Positions 18,273 to 29,071 of a stretch of 64,000 nt of DNA are shown here, one piece after another (position 1 is the stretch's first letter; the number at the start of each line of letters is the position of its first letter). Source of the DNA: an uncultured Gemmatimonadales bacterium (GTDB lineage Bacteria > Gemmatimonadota > Gemmatimonadetes > Gemmatimonadales > GWC2-71-9); the NCBI GenBank assembly GCA_963779755.1, contig CAVZZO010000001.1, positions 2,240,001-2,304,000 on the forward strand, in the 5' to 3' direction. Position numbers and translations under genes: made by a program. The notes under the pieces were generated by a model. The model saw nothing but the letters and a program-made list of their open reading frames with translations, did no database searches and was not told the origin of the DNA.

Positions 18273-18957
18273 TATCGGCGTGGTGGTCGTGGCCGCCGGC
18301 CGCAGCCTGCGGATGGGAGGCGATCTCCCCAAGCAGTTCCGCCGTATCCGCGGTGTGCCCATGCTGCTGCGCGCCCTGCGGCCCTTCCTGGCGCACGACG
18401 AGGTGCGCCACGTCGTCGTGGTCCTCCCGCCGGACCGCGCCGCTTCACCGCCGCCCTGGCTGCGCACCGGCGGCGTCGAGCTCACCTGCGTCGCGGGCGG
18501 CGAGGAGCGGATGGACTCGGTGGAGGCCGGGGTCGCCGCATTGTCTCAGCCATGTCGCGGGGTGCTGGTGCACGACGGCGCCCGGCCCTTCGTCACGGCC
18601 GGGGTGGTGGACGCCGTGATCCGCCGGGTGCAGGCGGGCACCGCGGCGGTGGCCGCCGTTCCGTTGCATGATACGCTGAAGAGCACCATCGAGGACGACG
18701 ACCGGCGTCTGGTTTCGGGGACGGTGTCGCGTGAAGGCCTGTGGCGGGCGCAGACCCCGCAGGGCTTCGCCCGCGCCCAGCTGGAAGAAGCCTTCGCGGC
18801 AGCGCGGCGCGACGGCGTAGCCGGTACCGATGAGGCCATGCTGATCGAACGGCTGGGGCACCCGGTCGAGATCGTTCCCGACTCTCCCTGGAATATCAAG
18901 GTGACTACGCCGGACGACTTCGCGCTCGCCGAGTGCATCGCCCGCGGCAAGACATGA
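18262..18957 (+). CDS. ispD: 2-C-methyl-D-erythritol 4-phosphate cytidylyltransferase
   Basis: AAGRSLRMG...PKQF, VHDGARP, AQTPQGF, NIKVTTPDD. Confidence 0.95.
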   Translation: MPRDIGVVVVAAGRSLRMGGDLPKQFRRIRGVPMLLRALRPFLAHDEVRHVVVVLPPDRAASPPPWLRTGGVELTCVAGGEERMDSVEAGVAALSQPCRGVLVHDGARPFVTAGVVDAVIRRVQAGTAAVAAVPLHDTLKSTIEDDDRRLVSGTVSREGLWRAQTPQGFARAQLEEAFAAARRDGVAGTDEAMLIERLGHPVEIVPDSPWNIKVTTPDDFALAECIARGKT

Positions 18958-19604
18958 CGTTGCCGTTTCTGACCTCCGCGGACGTCGATGCCGCCCTCCC
19001 GGCGGTCCGGGACCATCTCGCCGCGGGCAAGGTGCTGGGCTATCCCACCGAGACGGTCTATGGCCTGGGCTCGGCACCGGAAGCGGCGGGGCTCGGCGCT
19101 CTGGCACGGCTCAAGGGGCGCCCGGAAGGCAAACCGTTCCTGCTGCTGGTGGCCGGCCGGCCCATGGCGGAGCGCTGGGGGCTGGTGTTCAATACCTCCG
19201 CGGCGGCGCTGTCGGCGGCGTTCTGGCCCGGGCCGCTGACCCTGGTCCTGCCAGGCGGGGAGGGGAAGCTGCCCGACCTGCTCCGCGGCCGTGAAGGCGG
19301 CATCGCCGTGCGCGATACCTCGCATCCGGGAGTGCGCCGGCTGGTGCGCGGCCTGGGCTATCCCATTACCTCAACCTCCGCCAATCGTCCCGGCGGCCGA
19401 CCGGCGCCGGGCGCGGCGGCGCTGGGCGAGATCTTCCGGCCGGAGATCGAGCGCGGAGAACTGCTGGTGCTCGATGGCGGTGTGCTGGGCAACGTCCCGC
19501 CCTCGACCCTGGTGGACTGCACGACGCGGGTCCCCATGCTGATCCGGGAGGGCGCCCTGCCGCGGGCCGAGTTGCGGCGGGCGGTGGGGCGGCTCGCGCC
19601 CTGA
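18954..19604 (+). CDS. tsaC: L-threonylcarbamoyladenylate synthase (TsaC/YrdC domain)
   Basis: YPTETVYGL, KGRPEGKP, FWPGPLTLV, STSAN, PSTLVD. Confidence 0.93.
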   Translation: MTLPFLTSADVDAALPAVRDHLAAGKVLGYPTETVYGLGSAPEAAGLGALARLKGRPEGKPFLLLVAGRPMAERWGLVFNTSAAALSAAFWPGPLTLVLPGGEGKLPDLLRGREGGIAVRDTSHPGVRRLVRGLGYPITSTSANRPGGRPAPGAAALGEIFRPEIERGELLVLDGGVLGNVPPSTLVDCTTRVPMLIREGALPRAELRRAVGRLAP

Positions 19605-19738
19605 GGTACCATCCCGCATTGCTGTGACGCAGGACCATCGCATTCCCCGACCAATCTTTTACGTTTCAGCCTTGCCGGAGCGGGCCTTTGCGCCCGATGC
19701 CGTCCCAAAGCTGTTGTCTCCGTGCCCATGCGGTGTCA

Positions 19739-20212
19739 ATGCGTCTGCTTGTGGTCTGTACCGGAAATACCTGCCGCAGTCCGATGGCCGAGTTGCTGCT
19801 CCGGCACGCCCTGCGGGAGCAGGGCGATACCGATACCGACCTGGGCTCGGCGGGCGTTGGCGCGGTGGGGGGGGAGCCCGCGTCGGAGGGGGCGTATCTG
19901 GTGGCGCTGGAGCATGGGCAGGACCTGAGCGACCACCGCTCGCGTCATCTGAACCGGGAGATGGCCGACCAGGCAGATCTGATCCTGGTGATGTCCTCCC
20001 GGCATCGGGAGCATCTGCAGGCAATGCTGGGCGACGCGGCCGGCGACAAGGTCGTGCTGCTGGGCGAATACGCCGGCCTGAGCGGTGATGCGGCCGAAGT
20101 GAGCGATCCCTTCGGCGCCGATCTGGAGCAGTATCGCGAGACCTGGGACCAGCTGGAGCGGCTGACCCGCGCCGCGGCGGCCCGGCTGCGCTCGCAGAGG
20201 CGCCGGCGGTGA
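19739..20212 (+). CDS. Low-molecular-weight protein phosphatase, likely arginine phosphatase (YwlE type)
   Basis: P-loop VCTGNTCRSPMAE and DPFG. Confidence 0.9.
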   Translation: MRLLVVCTGNTCRSPMAELLLRHALREQGDTDTDLGSAGVGAVGGEPASEGAYLVALEHGQDLSDHRSRHLNREMADQADLILVMSSRHREHLQAMLGDAAGDKVVLLGEYAGLSGDAAEVSDPFGADLEQYRETWDQLERLTRAAAARLRSQRRRR

Positions 20213-20980
20213 TCAGCGGGCACACGCGTGTCTTTGCGCTGCTGGGCGCGTCGCTGGGGCATTCGCTCTCGCCCGCCATGCAGAACGCGGCCATCCGTGC
20301 CCTGGGCCTCGATGCGGTGTACGTGCCGCTGGCGTGCCACGAGGCCGAGGTGCCGGCGCTCATGACCGCGCTGGCCCGCGCGGGCGGGGGTGGCAACGTC
20401 ACCGTTCCTTTCAAGGAAACCGCGGCGGGGGCGGTGGGGCAGGCCAGCGAGCGGCTGCATATCTGCGGCGCCTGCAATACCTTCTGGGGGGCCGGCGGCG
20501 CGGTCGCGGGTGAGAACACCGACGTGGACGGTATTCTCTACTCGCTCGACCGGCTGGAAGCGCCCTGCAGCCGCTGGCTGGTACTCGGCACCGGCGGATC
20601 GGCTCGCGCGGTGGCCACGGCGGCCCGGGAACGGGGCGCCGGCCTGGCGGTGCGCTCCCGCTCGCCCCACCGGCGGCTGGAGTTCGAGAAGTGGCTGGTC
20701 GCCCGGGAGATCCGGCTCGCCATCGCGGAGGAATGCGAGGTGTTGATCAACGCGACGCCGGTGGGCATGAATCCGGGAGATGCGCTGCCGCTGGCGCTGG
20801 ACGAAACGCCGGCCGCCGCCGCGGCGCTCGACCTGGTCTATCGCCGGCAGGAAACGCCCTGGGTGCATGCCATGCGGCGGCGGGGCATGCGCGCCTGCGA
20901 TGGACGCGACGTGCTGGTGGTGCAGGGGGCGGTCGCGTTCGAGCGCTGGTTCGGCGAGCGGGCGCCGCTCGAGGTGATGC

Positions 20981-21009
<29 letters not shown>
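20209..21009 (+). CDS. aroE: Shikimate dehydrogenase
   Basis: HSLSP.MQN, NVTVPFKE, GACNT, NTDVDG, GTGGSARA, INATPVGM. Confidence 0.92.
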
Positions 21010-22808
<1,799 letters not shown>

Positions 22809-22809
22809 G

Positions 22810-22940
22810 GGTGAGCGGTGAGCGGTGAGCGGCGGAATCCTTCCCGGCTTGCCGCTCCCGCGACCCTGTTCCCTGTTCCCTGTTCCCTGTTCCCTGTTCC
22901 CCTTCCCGCTTACTGCTTACCGCTCACCGTTCACCGCCAT
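22810..22940 (+). repeat. Nested heptamer arrays: (GGTGAGC)3 ... (CCCTGTT)5 ... CCGCTYA-like x4-5
   Basis: Arrays at 22810-22830, 22864-22898 and 22906-22940; the outer arms are reverse complements. Confidence 0.95.
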
Positions 22941-24135
22941 GCCCAAACGCACTCTCCAGGATCTTCCGCCCGCCGCCCTCGAGGGCAAGCGCGCGCTGGT
23001 GCGCGTCGACTTCAACGTCCCGTTGAAGGACGGCGCGGTCGCCGACGATATCCGGATCCGTGCCTCCCTGCCGACCATCCGCTATCTGCGGGAACACGGC
23101 GCGCGGGTGGTGCTGCTGTCGCACCTGGGGCGCCCCAGGGGCGGCCCCGATCCGAAATACTCTCTGGCCCCGGTGGCCCACGCGCTGGAGTCCCTGCTGG
23201 GAGCGCCGGTGACGTTCATCGAACATCCGGATCGGCCGGATGCCGTCGCCGCGACCCGGCGCCTCACCCGGGGTGGCGTGGCGCTGGTAGAGAACACCCG
23301 GTTCTTCCCCGGCGAAGAGAAGAACGACCCCGCCACCGCGAAGATGCTGGCGGCGCTGGGCGATTTCTACGTCAACGACGCCTTCGGCTCGGCTCATCGG
23401 GCGCACGCCAGCACCGAAGGGGTGGCCCATCTGCTCAAACCCGCCGTCTCCGGATTCCTGATGGAAAAGGAACTTCAGTTCCTGGGCCACGCGCTGGACC
23501 AGCCCCGGCGCCCCTTCGTGGCGGTCCTGGGTGGGGCGAAAATCTCGGGCAAGATCGACCTGGTCGAGGCGCTGCTGCCCAAGGTGGACGCGATCCTCAT
23601 GGGTGGCGCGATGGCCTGCACCTTCTTCCGGGCCATGGGACTGGAGACCGGTACCTCGCTGGTGGAGGAAGACCGGCTGGATATGGCCCGCGGGCTGATG
23701 CAGAAAGCGGGCGATACGCTGGTGCTGCCGGCCGGCGCGGTGATCGCGCAGGAACTCAAGCCGGGCGTCGAGACCCGCGCCGTGGCGCGTGACGCCATCC
23801 CGCCGGGCTGGGCCATGTATGATATCGATCCGGCCACGGAGCAGGAATTCACCCGGCGCATCCAGTCGGCCGGAACGGTGGTCTGGAACGGCCCCATGGG
23901 CGTCTTCGAGACACCGCCGTTCGACCATGGTACCCGCGCCGTGGCCCAGGCCATGGCCGCCGCCACCGGCAGCGGGACGATCACCGTGGTGGGCGGCGGC
24001 GACTCGGCCGCGGCGGTGGCGGAAGCGGGCCTGAGCGACCGGATGACCCACGTCAGCACCGGCGGAGGTGCCTCCCTGGAGTTCCTGGAGGGCAAGCCGC
24101 TCCCCGGCGTCACGGCACTCGACGACAAGGACTAG
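22939..24135 (+). CDS. pgk: Phosphoglycerate kinase
   Basis: RVDFNVPL, SHLGRP, NDAFGSAHRAHAS, WNGPMGVFE, STGGGASLEFLEG. Confidence 0.98.
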   Translation: MPKRTLQDLPPAALEGKRALVRVDFNVPLKDGAVADDIRIRASLPTIRYLREHGARVVLLSHLGRPRGGPDPKYSLAPVAHALESLLGAPVTFIEHPDRPDAVAATRRLTRGGVALVENTRFFPGEEKNDPATAKMLAALGDFYVNDAFGSAHRAHASTEGVAHLLKPAVSGFLMEKELQFLGHALDQPRRPFVAVLGGAKISGKIDLVEALLPKVDAILMGGAMACTFFRAMGLETGTSLVEEDRLDMARGLMQKAGDTLVLPAGAVIAQELKPGVETRAVARDAIPPGWAMYDIDPATEQEFTRRIQSAGTVVWNGPMGVFETPPFDHGTRAVAQAMAAATGSGTITVVGGGDSAAAVAEAGLSDRMTHVSTGGGASLEFLEGKPLPGVTALDDKD

Positions 24136-24138
24136 CCC

Positions 24139-24879
24139 GTGCTGCTCTTCGCCGCCAACTGGAAGATGCACACCGCGCCGCAGGAGGCGCGGGAGTACCT
24201 GCGCCGGTTTCTCGATCGAACGCCGGCCCGGGAGGACCGGGAGATCTGGTTCTTCCCGCCCGCCGTGTCGCTCGAGGCGGTGGCGGAGGGACTGGCCGGC
24301 CGCAGCGATACCCGGGCCGGCGCCCAGAACGTCTACTGGGAGCCGAAGGGCGCCTTCACCGGCGAGATCTCGGCAGCGCTGGCGCGGGGCGCCGGCGCCA
24401 CCACGGCGCTGGTCGGCCATTCCGAGCGGCGCCACGTCTTCGGCGAGACCGAGAGCGAGACGGCCAAGAAAGTCCGCGCCCTTCTGGAGGCAGGCATGAT
24501 TCCGGTCCTGTGTGTGGGTGAGAAGCTCGAGGAGCGCGAAGCGGACGAGACGGAGAACGTCGTGCTGCGCCAGCTGGGCTCCGCCTGCGCCACACTGCCG
24601 GAGGAGGAATTGCGCCGCGTGGTGATCGCCTACGAGCCGGTCTGGGCCATCGGCACCGGACGCAATGCCACGCCGGCCGACGCGGCCCGGGTCCATGCGG
24701 CCATCCGCTCGGCGCTGCGCGACCGGGGAGCGCCGGATGCGCGAATTCTCTACGGCGGCAGCGTCAACCAGAAGAACATCGCCCAGCTGCTGGCGGAGCC
24801 GGAGATCAACGGCGTCCTGGTGGGCGGGGCCAGCCTCGATCCGGATACCTGGAGCGCGATCACTGGGGGCGCCGGATAA
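24139..24879 (+). CDS. tpiA: Triosephosphate isomerase
   Basis: ANWKM, GAFTGEIS, GHSERR, AYEPVWAIGTG, LYGGSV. Confidence 0.98.
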   Translation: MLLFAANWKMHTAPQEAREYLRRFLDRTPAREDREIWFFPPAVSLEAVAEGLAGRSDTRAGAQNVYWEPKGAFTGEISAALARGAGATTALVGHSERRHVFGETESETAKKVRALLEAGMIPVLCVGEKLEEREADETENVVLRQLGSACATLPEEELRRVVIAYEPVWAIGTGRNATPADAARVHAAIRSALRDRGAPDARILYGGSVNQKNIAQLLAEPEINGVLVGGASLDPDTWSAITGGAG

Positions 24880-24884
24880 CTGCC

Positions 24885-25051
24885 CACCGCGAAGACGCGA
24901 AGGACGCGAAGAACGCGACGAACCGCAAACGACTTTGTGTGGCTGTCACCAATCCCAAATGCTGGTTAGTCCTGCCATGCAGATCAATCTGTATCAGGAC
25001 CCCCAACAGAGTTGTTCTTCGCGTCCTTCGCGCTTTCGCGTCTTCGCGGTG
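24885..25051. mobile_element. MITE-like element: inverted arms of ACGCGAAG-type units around a 99-bp non-coding core
   Basis: Left arm CACCGCGAAGACGCGAAGGACGCGAAGAAC (24885-24914); right arm 25014-25051 is its reverse complement with one extra unit. Mobility is inferred only. Confidence 0.55.
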
Positions 25052-25094
25052 AAAAGCAGTCCTTGGCGTCATTCACGTCCGCGGTTTCGCTCCC

Positions 25095-25123
25095 TTGCCC
25101 TAAGGTGTTCCGGGGATTAGACT
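25095..25123 (+). promoter_or_regulatory. Putative sigma70 promoter of secG
   Basis: TTGCCC-17 bp-TAGACT, ending 10 bp before the ATG. Confidence 0.5.
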
Positions 25124-25133
25124 TTCCGCGCGT

Positions 25134-25535
25134 ATGTATACTTTCTTTCTGATTCTGCTCATCCTCGACGCCATCCTGCTGTCGGTCGTGGTGCTCATGC
25201 AGGCGGGGCAGGGGGGCGGGCTCGCCTCCCTGGGCGGCGGCACCAGCGACATGGTCGTGGGCGGGCGCCAGGCCGTGACCATCCTGACCAAGGCCACCTG
25301 GTGGACCGGCGGCATCTTCCTGTTCCTCTCTCTGCTGCTCTCGGTGCTCTACGCCCATCGGGGCACACCGGGCTCCTCGGCGGTGCAGGAGCAGCTGCAG
25401 CAGACGGCTCCGGTGACGCAGCAAGCGCCTCTTCCCGGCGATAACAACGCCGCCCCGGCCAATGCCGGTGGCGCGCCCACCAGCCAACCGCAGGCTCCGG
25501 CGCAACAGCCGGCGACGCCGCCCAAGCAGCCTTGA
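25134..25535 (+). CDS. secG: Preprotein translocase subunit SecG
   Basis: Two TM helices, VLMQAGQGGGLASLGGG, LTKATW; follows tpiA. Confidence 0.95.
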   Translation: MYTFFLILLILDAILLSVVVLMQAGQGGGLASLGGGTSDMVVGGRQAVTILTKATWWTGGIFLFLSLLLSVLYAHRGTPGSSAVQEQLQQTAPVTQQAPLPGDNNAAPANAGGAPTSQPQAPAQQPATPPKQP

Positions 25536-25581
25536 CGGCGCTGGTCTTCCCCAGCCGGGGAATGCGACGCGGGGGGGCCCG

Positions 25582-26697
25582 GTGAGCGGCCGCCCCGCGT
25601 TCGTGCTGCTGGAGGACGGCACCTGGTTTTCGGGCTCGCTGGTCTTCCCCTCCGGGCCCGCCTTCGGTGAGGTGGTCTTCACCACCAACCTGAGCGGCTA
25701 CCAGGAGACGTTCACCGATCCCAGCTATCTGGGCCAGATCGTCGTGATGACGGCTCCCATGATCGGCAACTACGGTATCAACCCCGAGGACATGGAATCG
25801 GGCCATCCGCAGATCAGCGGCGTGGTGGTGCGCGAGCTGGCCCGGCACCCCTCCAACTGGCGCTCCACCAGGCCGCTGGGGGAATGGCTGCACGAGGCCG
25901 GCATCCCGGTGCTGGAAGAGGTCGATACCCGGCGTCTCACCCGGCACATCCGCGAGCGGGGCGCCATGCGCGGCGTGATCGCCGAAGGGCTCGAGCCCAC
26001 CCGTGAGCTGATCGGGCAGCTGCAGGCCTCACCCCGCATGGACGGGCTCGACCTGGCCTCCCGCGCCACTGTCGACCAGCCGGTGACCGAAGGCAGCGGG
26101 CCTCACGTGGTCGCTGTCGACTACGGCATGAAGCGCAATATCGTGCGCATGATGGTGCAGCTGGGACTCAAGGTGACCACCGTCCCCTCGACCACCACCG
26201 CTGCCGCGATCCGGGCTCTGCAACCGGACGGGCTCTTTCTCTCCAACGGCCCCGGCGATCCCTCTGCGGTTGACTATGCGTTCAGCACGATCCGGGAGCT
26301 CGCCGAGTCCGAGCTCCCGACCTTCGGGATCTGCCTGGGGCATCAGCTTATCGGCCTGGCGTTCGGAGGAAAAACGGTCAAGCTCCCCTATGGTCATCGC
26401 GGTGGCAATCATCCGGTGCGCGAGTTGGCGACCGGGCGAGTACTGATCACGTCCCAGAACCACGGATTTGCCGTCGCCGGGGGGCCGGAGGGCATTCCAG
26501 GGGCTCCTGACCTGGAGGTCACCCACCTCAATCTGAACGACGGTACGGTCGAAGGACTGCGCCACCGGAGCCTCCCACTATTCGCTGTTCAGTACCATCC
26601 GGAGGCCTCTCCAGGGCCCCATGATGCCTACCCCCACTTTGCCGAGTTCCTGCGGCTGCTGCGGTCGCGGAGTGCCTCCGGCGCCCCAACCCCTTGA
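25582..26697 (+). CDS. carA: Carbamoyl-phosphate synthase small subunit
   Basis: LLEDGT, GEVVFTT, TDPSY.GQI, LSNGPGDP, GICLGHQ, SQNHGF, QYHPEASPGPHD. Confidence 0.97.
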   Translation: MSGRPAFVLLEDGTWFSGSLVFPSGPAFGEVVFTTNLSGYQETFTDPSYLGQIVVMTAPMIGNYGINPEDMESGHPQISGVVVRELARHPSNWRSTRPLGEWLHEAGIPVLEEVDTRRLTRHIRERGAMRGVIAEGLEPTRELIGQLQASPRMDGLDLASRATVDQPVTEGSGPHVVAVDYGMKRNIVRMMVQLGLKVTTVPSTTTAAAIRALQPDGLFLSNGPGDPSAVDYAFSTIRELAESELPTFGICLGHQLIGLAFGGKTVKLPYGHRGGNHPVRELATGRVLITSQNHGFAVAGGPEGIPGAPDLEVTHLNLNDGTVEGLRHRSLPLFAVQYHPEASPGPHDAYPHFAEFLRLLRSRSASGAPTP

Positions 26698-26722
26698 CAG
26701 TCAACAGGTAAGCTCGTAGCAT
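26694..26722 (+). promoter_or_regulatory. Sigma70 promoter of the HU gene
   Basis: TTGACA (26694-26699), 17 bp, TAGCAT (26717-26722); the -35 overlaps the carA TGA. Confidence 0.75.
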
Positions 26723-26780
26723 AGCCACTGGGTTCCCTCTCCGCGGGGTACCCTGTTGGTGTGACCTCCAGGGGGGATTA

Positions 26781-27107
26781 ATGACCAAAGCCGATCTCGT
26801 GGAGAAGGTGACGGAGTCCATCGCCCGCACATCCGGGCCCATGATCTCGAAGAAGGACTGCGCCCGCGTGGTGGACGCCTTCCTCGATGCGATCAAGGAG
26901 GCATTGCGTCAGCAGCAGAACATTGAGGTGCGCGGGTTTGGCACGTTCAAGATCCGGCGCCGCAAGACCCGCATGGCGCGCAACCCTCGCACCGGCGAGC
27001 CGGTCGAAGTCGCGGCCCGTCCGGTTCCCGTCTTCAAGCCCAGCAAGGAGTTGCGTGGGCTGGTAGCGGAGGCCGAAGAGAATGTGCCGGCCGAACCTTC
27101 CGCGTGA
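26781..27107 (+). CDS. HU/IHF family DNA-binding protein
   Basis: MTKADLVE, IEVRGFGTF, RMARNPRTGE, PVFKPSKELR. Confidence 0.96.
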   Translation: MTKADLVEKVTESIARTSGPMISKKDCARVVDAFLDAIKEALRQQQNIEVRGFGTFKIRRRKTRMARNPRTGEPVEVAARPVPVFKPSKELRGLVAEAEENVPAEPSA

Positions 27108-27128
27108 GGCTCGGCAGGCGCAGTTCCG

Positions 27129-27156
27129 GGGGGCCCTTGGGGCCCCCTTTTATTTT
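27129..27156 (+). terminator. Rho-independent terminator after the HU gene
   Basis: GGGGGCCC-TTG-GGGCCCCC followed by TTTTATTTT. Confidence 0.85.
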
Positions 27157-27233
27157 CAAGTGAGATTGCAGAGGGATACGGGCCAGTGACGACGACATCT
27201 TCTCCCCAGCCTGCCGGCACGACCGGCACCATT

Positions 27234-27476
27234 ATGGTGACGGTGCGGCTCTTTGCGCGTTACGCCGACGTGCTGGGGACGGAAGCGGTGGTCCTGAACG
27301 TGCCGGCAGGCGCGACGGTGGCGGATGCGCTCCAGTGGTTACGGCAGCAGATGCCGGCGGCGCAACAGCTTCCCCGGCAGCCACTCTGCGCCGTTGGCCT
27401 GAAGCAGGTGCTCCGGGAGCACGTGCTGGCCGATGGCGATGAGCTGGCGCTGCTGCCCCCGGTGGCCGGTGGCTGA
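27234..27476 (+). CDS. moaD: Molybdopterin synthase sulfur carrier (start 27186 or 27234)
   Basis: VRLFA...; C-terminal GDELALLPPVAGG. Confidence 0.92.
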   Translation: MVTVRLFARYADVLGTEAVVLNVPAGATVADALQWLRQQMPAAQQLPRQPLCAVGLKQVLREHVLADGDELALLPPVAGG

Positions 27477-27477
27477 C

Positions 27478-27924
27478 ATGTACCTCACTCGAGCTCCCCT
27501 CGACCTGGCCGCGCTGATGGCGCGGGTCCAGGCGCCGGAGCGTGGCGGGACCGCGCTGTTTCTGGGCACGGTACGCGACCACCACGCCGGGCGGCAGGTC
27601 GTGGGCCTGGAGTACAGCAGCTACGAGGAGATGGCCGAGGCAGAGTGTGATCGCATCGTCCGGGAGGCGGAAGGCCGCTGGCCCGTCGCCCTGGCGGTGC
27701 AGCACCGGCTGGGCGCCCTGGCGATCGGCGATGCGGCGGTGGCGGTGGCGGCCGCGTCGGCGCACCGGGATGCCGCCTTCGAGGCGGCGCGCTGGGTGAT
27801 CGAGGCGTTGAAGCAGCGGGTGCCGATCTGGAAGCGGGAACGCTACGCCGATGGATCGATTGCCTGGGTCGATCCCACCTCCGCATCCGGCATCGCATCC
27901 GCGCCCATGGTGGAAGACACATGA
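27478..27924 (+). CDS. moaE: Molybdopterin synthase catalytic subunit
   Basis: FLGTVRD, LEYSSY, HRLG, SAHR..AF, KQRVPIWKRE. Confidence 0.95.
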   Translation: MYLTRAPLDLAALMARVQAPERGGTALFLGTVRDHHAGRQVVGLEYSSYEEMAEAECDRIVREAEGRWPVALAVQHRLGALAIGDAAVAVAAASAHRDAAFEAARWVIEALKQRVPIWKRERYADGSIAWVDPTSASGIASAPMVEDT

Positions 27925-28943
27925 GCACCGCGCTCGACCGCCTGGGCCGGCCGCTGGGAAGCCTGCGGCTTTCGGTGACCGACCGATGCAATCTCCGCTG
28001 CCGCTACTGCATGCCGGAGGAGCACTACGTATGGCTGCCGCGCTCCGCCCTGCTCAGCTACGAAGAAATGACCCGGCTGGCGGGGATCTTCGCCGGCCTG
28101 GGCGTGCACAAGGTGCGGCTCACCGGCGGCGAGCCGCTGCTGCGGCACGATCTGCCCGTCCTCATCGAGCAGTTGCGTACCGACCGTCGCCTGCGGGATC
28201 TGGCGCTCACCACCAACGGGCTGCTGCTGGCCCAGCAGGCGGAGGCGCTGCACGCGGCGGGCCTGGACCGGGTGACGGTGAGCCTCGACACCCTCTCGCC
28301 CGGGAAGCTCAAGGCGTTTGCCCGGACCACCCGTCATGGCGACATCCTGCGCGGGCTTGCCGCCGCCCGGGACCTGGCGTTTCCGCTCAAGCTCAACACC
28401 GTGGTCATCCGCGGCTTCAACGACGATGAACTGGAGGACCTGCTCGAGTTCGGCCGCGGCCTCGATGCCGAGGTCCGGTTCATCGAGTACATGGACGTGG
28501 GCGGCGCCACCCGCTGGTCGATGGACGAGGTCGTTACCAGGGAAGAGATGCTGCGGCGCCTGGCGCGCCGCTATGGACCGATCGAGCCGATCCCGGCGCA
28601 GGGGCCGGCGCCGGCCGAACGTTTCCGGCTGCCCGACGGCAGCAGCTTCGGCATCATTGCATCCACCACGGCGCCCTTCTGCCGCTCCTGCGATCGGAGC
28701 CGCCTGACCGCCGACGGAACCTGGTATCTCTGTCTTTACGCCCCGGAGGGCGTGGATCTGCGGGAGCCGCTGCGCGCCGGCGCCAGCGACGCCGAGCTGG
28801 CGGGAATTATCCGGCAGACCTGGGCGCAGCGGGTCGACCGCGGGGCCGAGCAGCGCGCTGCCACCACCGGCCGGGAGGCGCTGTATCAGATCGACACCCT
28901 CCGCGCCGACCCGCGCCGGGAAATGCATACGCGGGGCGGGTGA
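27921..28943 (+). CDS. moaA: GTP 3',8-cyclase (radical SAM)
   Basis: LRLSVTDRCNLRCRYCMP, LTGGEP, FCRSCDRSRLTADG..CL, C-terminal GG. Confidence 0.97.
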   Translation: MSTALDRLGRPLGSLRLSVTDRCNLRCRYCMPEEHYVWLPRSALLSYEEMTRLAGIFAGLGVHKVRLTGGEPLLRHDLPVLIEQLRTDRRLRDLALTTNGLLLAQQAEALHAAGLDRVTVSLDTLSPGKLKAFARTTRHGDILRGLAAARDLAFPLKLNTVVIRGFNDDELEDLLEFGRGLDAEVRFIEYMDVGGATRWSMDEVVTREEMLRRLARRYGPIEPIPAQGPAPAERFRLPDGSSFGIIASTTAPFCRSCDRSRLTADGTWYLCLYAPEGVDLREPLRAGASDAELAGIIRQTWAQRVDRGAEQRAATTGREALYQIDTLRADPRREMHTRGG

Positions 28944-28966
28944 GCTTTCCCCCCGGCGTTCCCTGG

Positions 28967-29054
28967 CAGGAATCAGGAATCAGGAGTCAGGAATCAGGGG
29001 TCAGGGGACCTTGGTTTCCGCCTTACCGTCTTACCGTCTTGCCGTCTTGCCGCC
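28967..29054 (+). repeat. CAGGART-like x6 heptamer array followed by (CCGYCTTR)4 octamer array
   Basis: Arrays at 28967-29008 and 29018-29054. Confidence 0.9.
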
Positions 29055-29071
29055 ACTCTGCCCACTCTTAC

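Noticed and set aside
22825..22938. N-terminal extensions of Pgk, Gap, TrmL, Dcd and the M1 peptidase in the ORF track (for example CSLFPVPCSLFP, PSCRLAVL)
   Set aside because: They are translations of the intergenic repeat arrays; the conserved protein starts lie downstream.
25536..25581. tRNA-Leu often found after secG
   Set aside because: The spacer is only 46 bp, with no cloverleaf or T-loop motif.
27108..27233. Moco riboswitch upstream of moaD
   Set aside because: The only structure seen is the HU terminator; I could not recognise a Moco RNA fold. An Rfam scan would be decisive.
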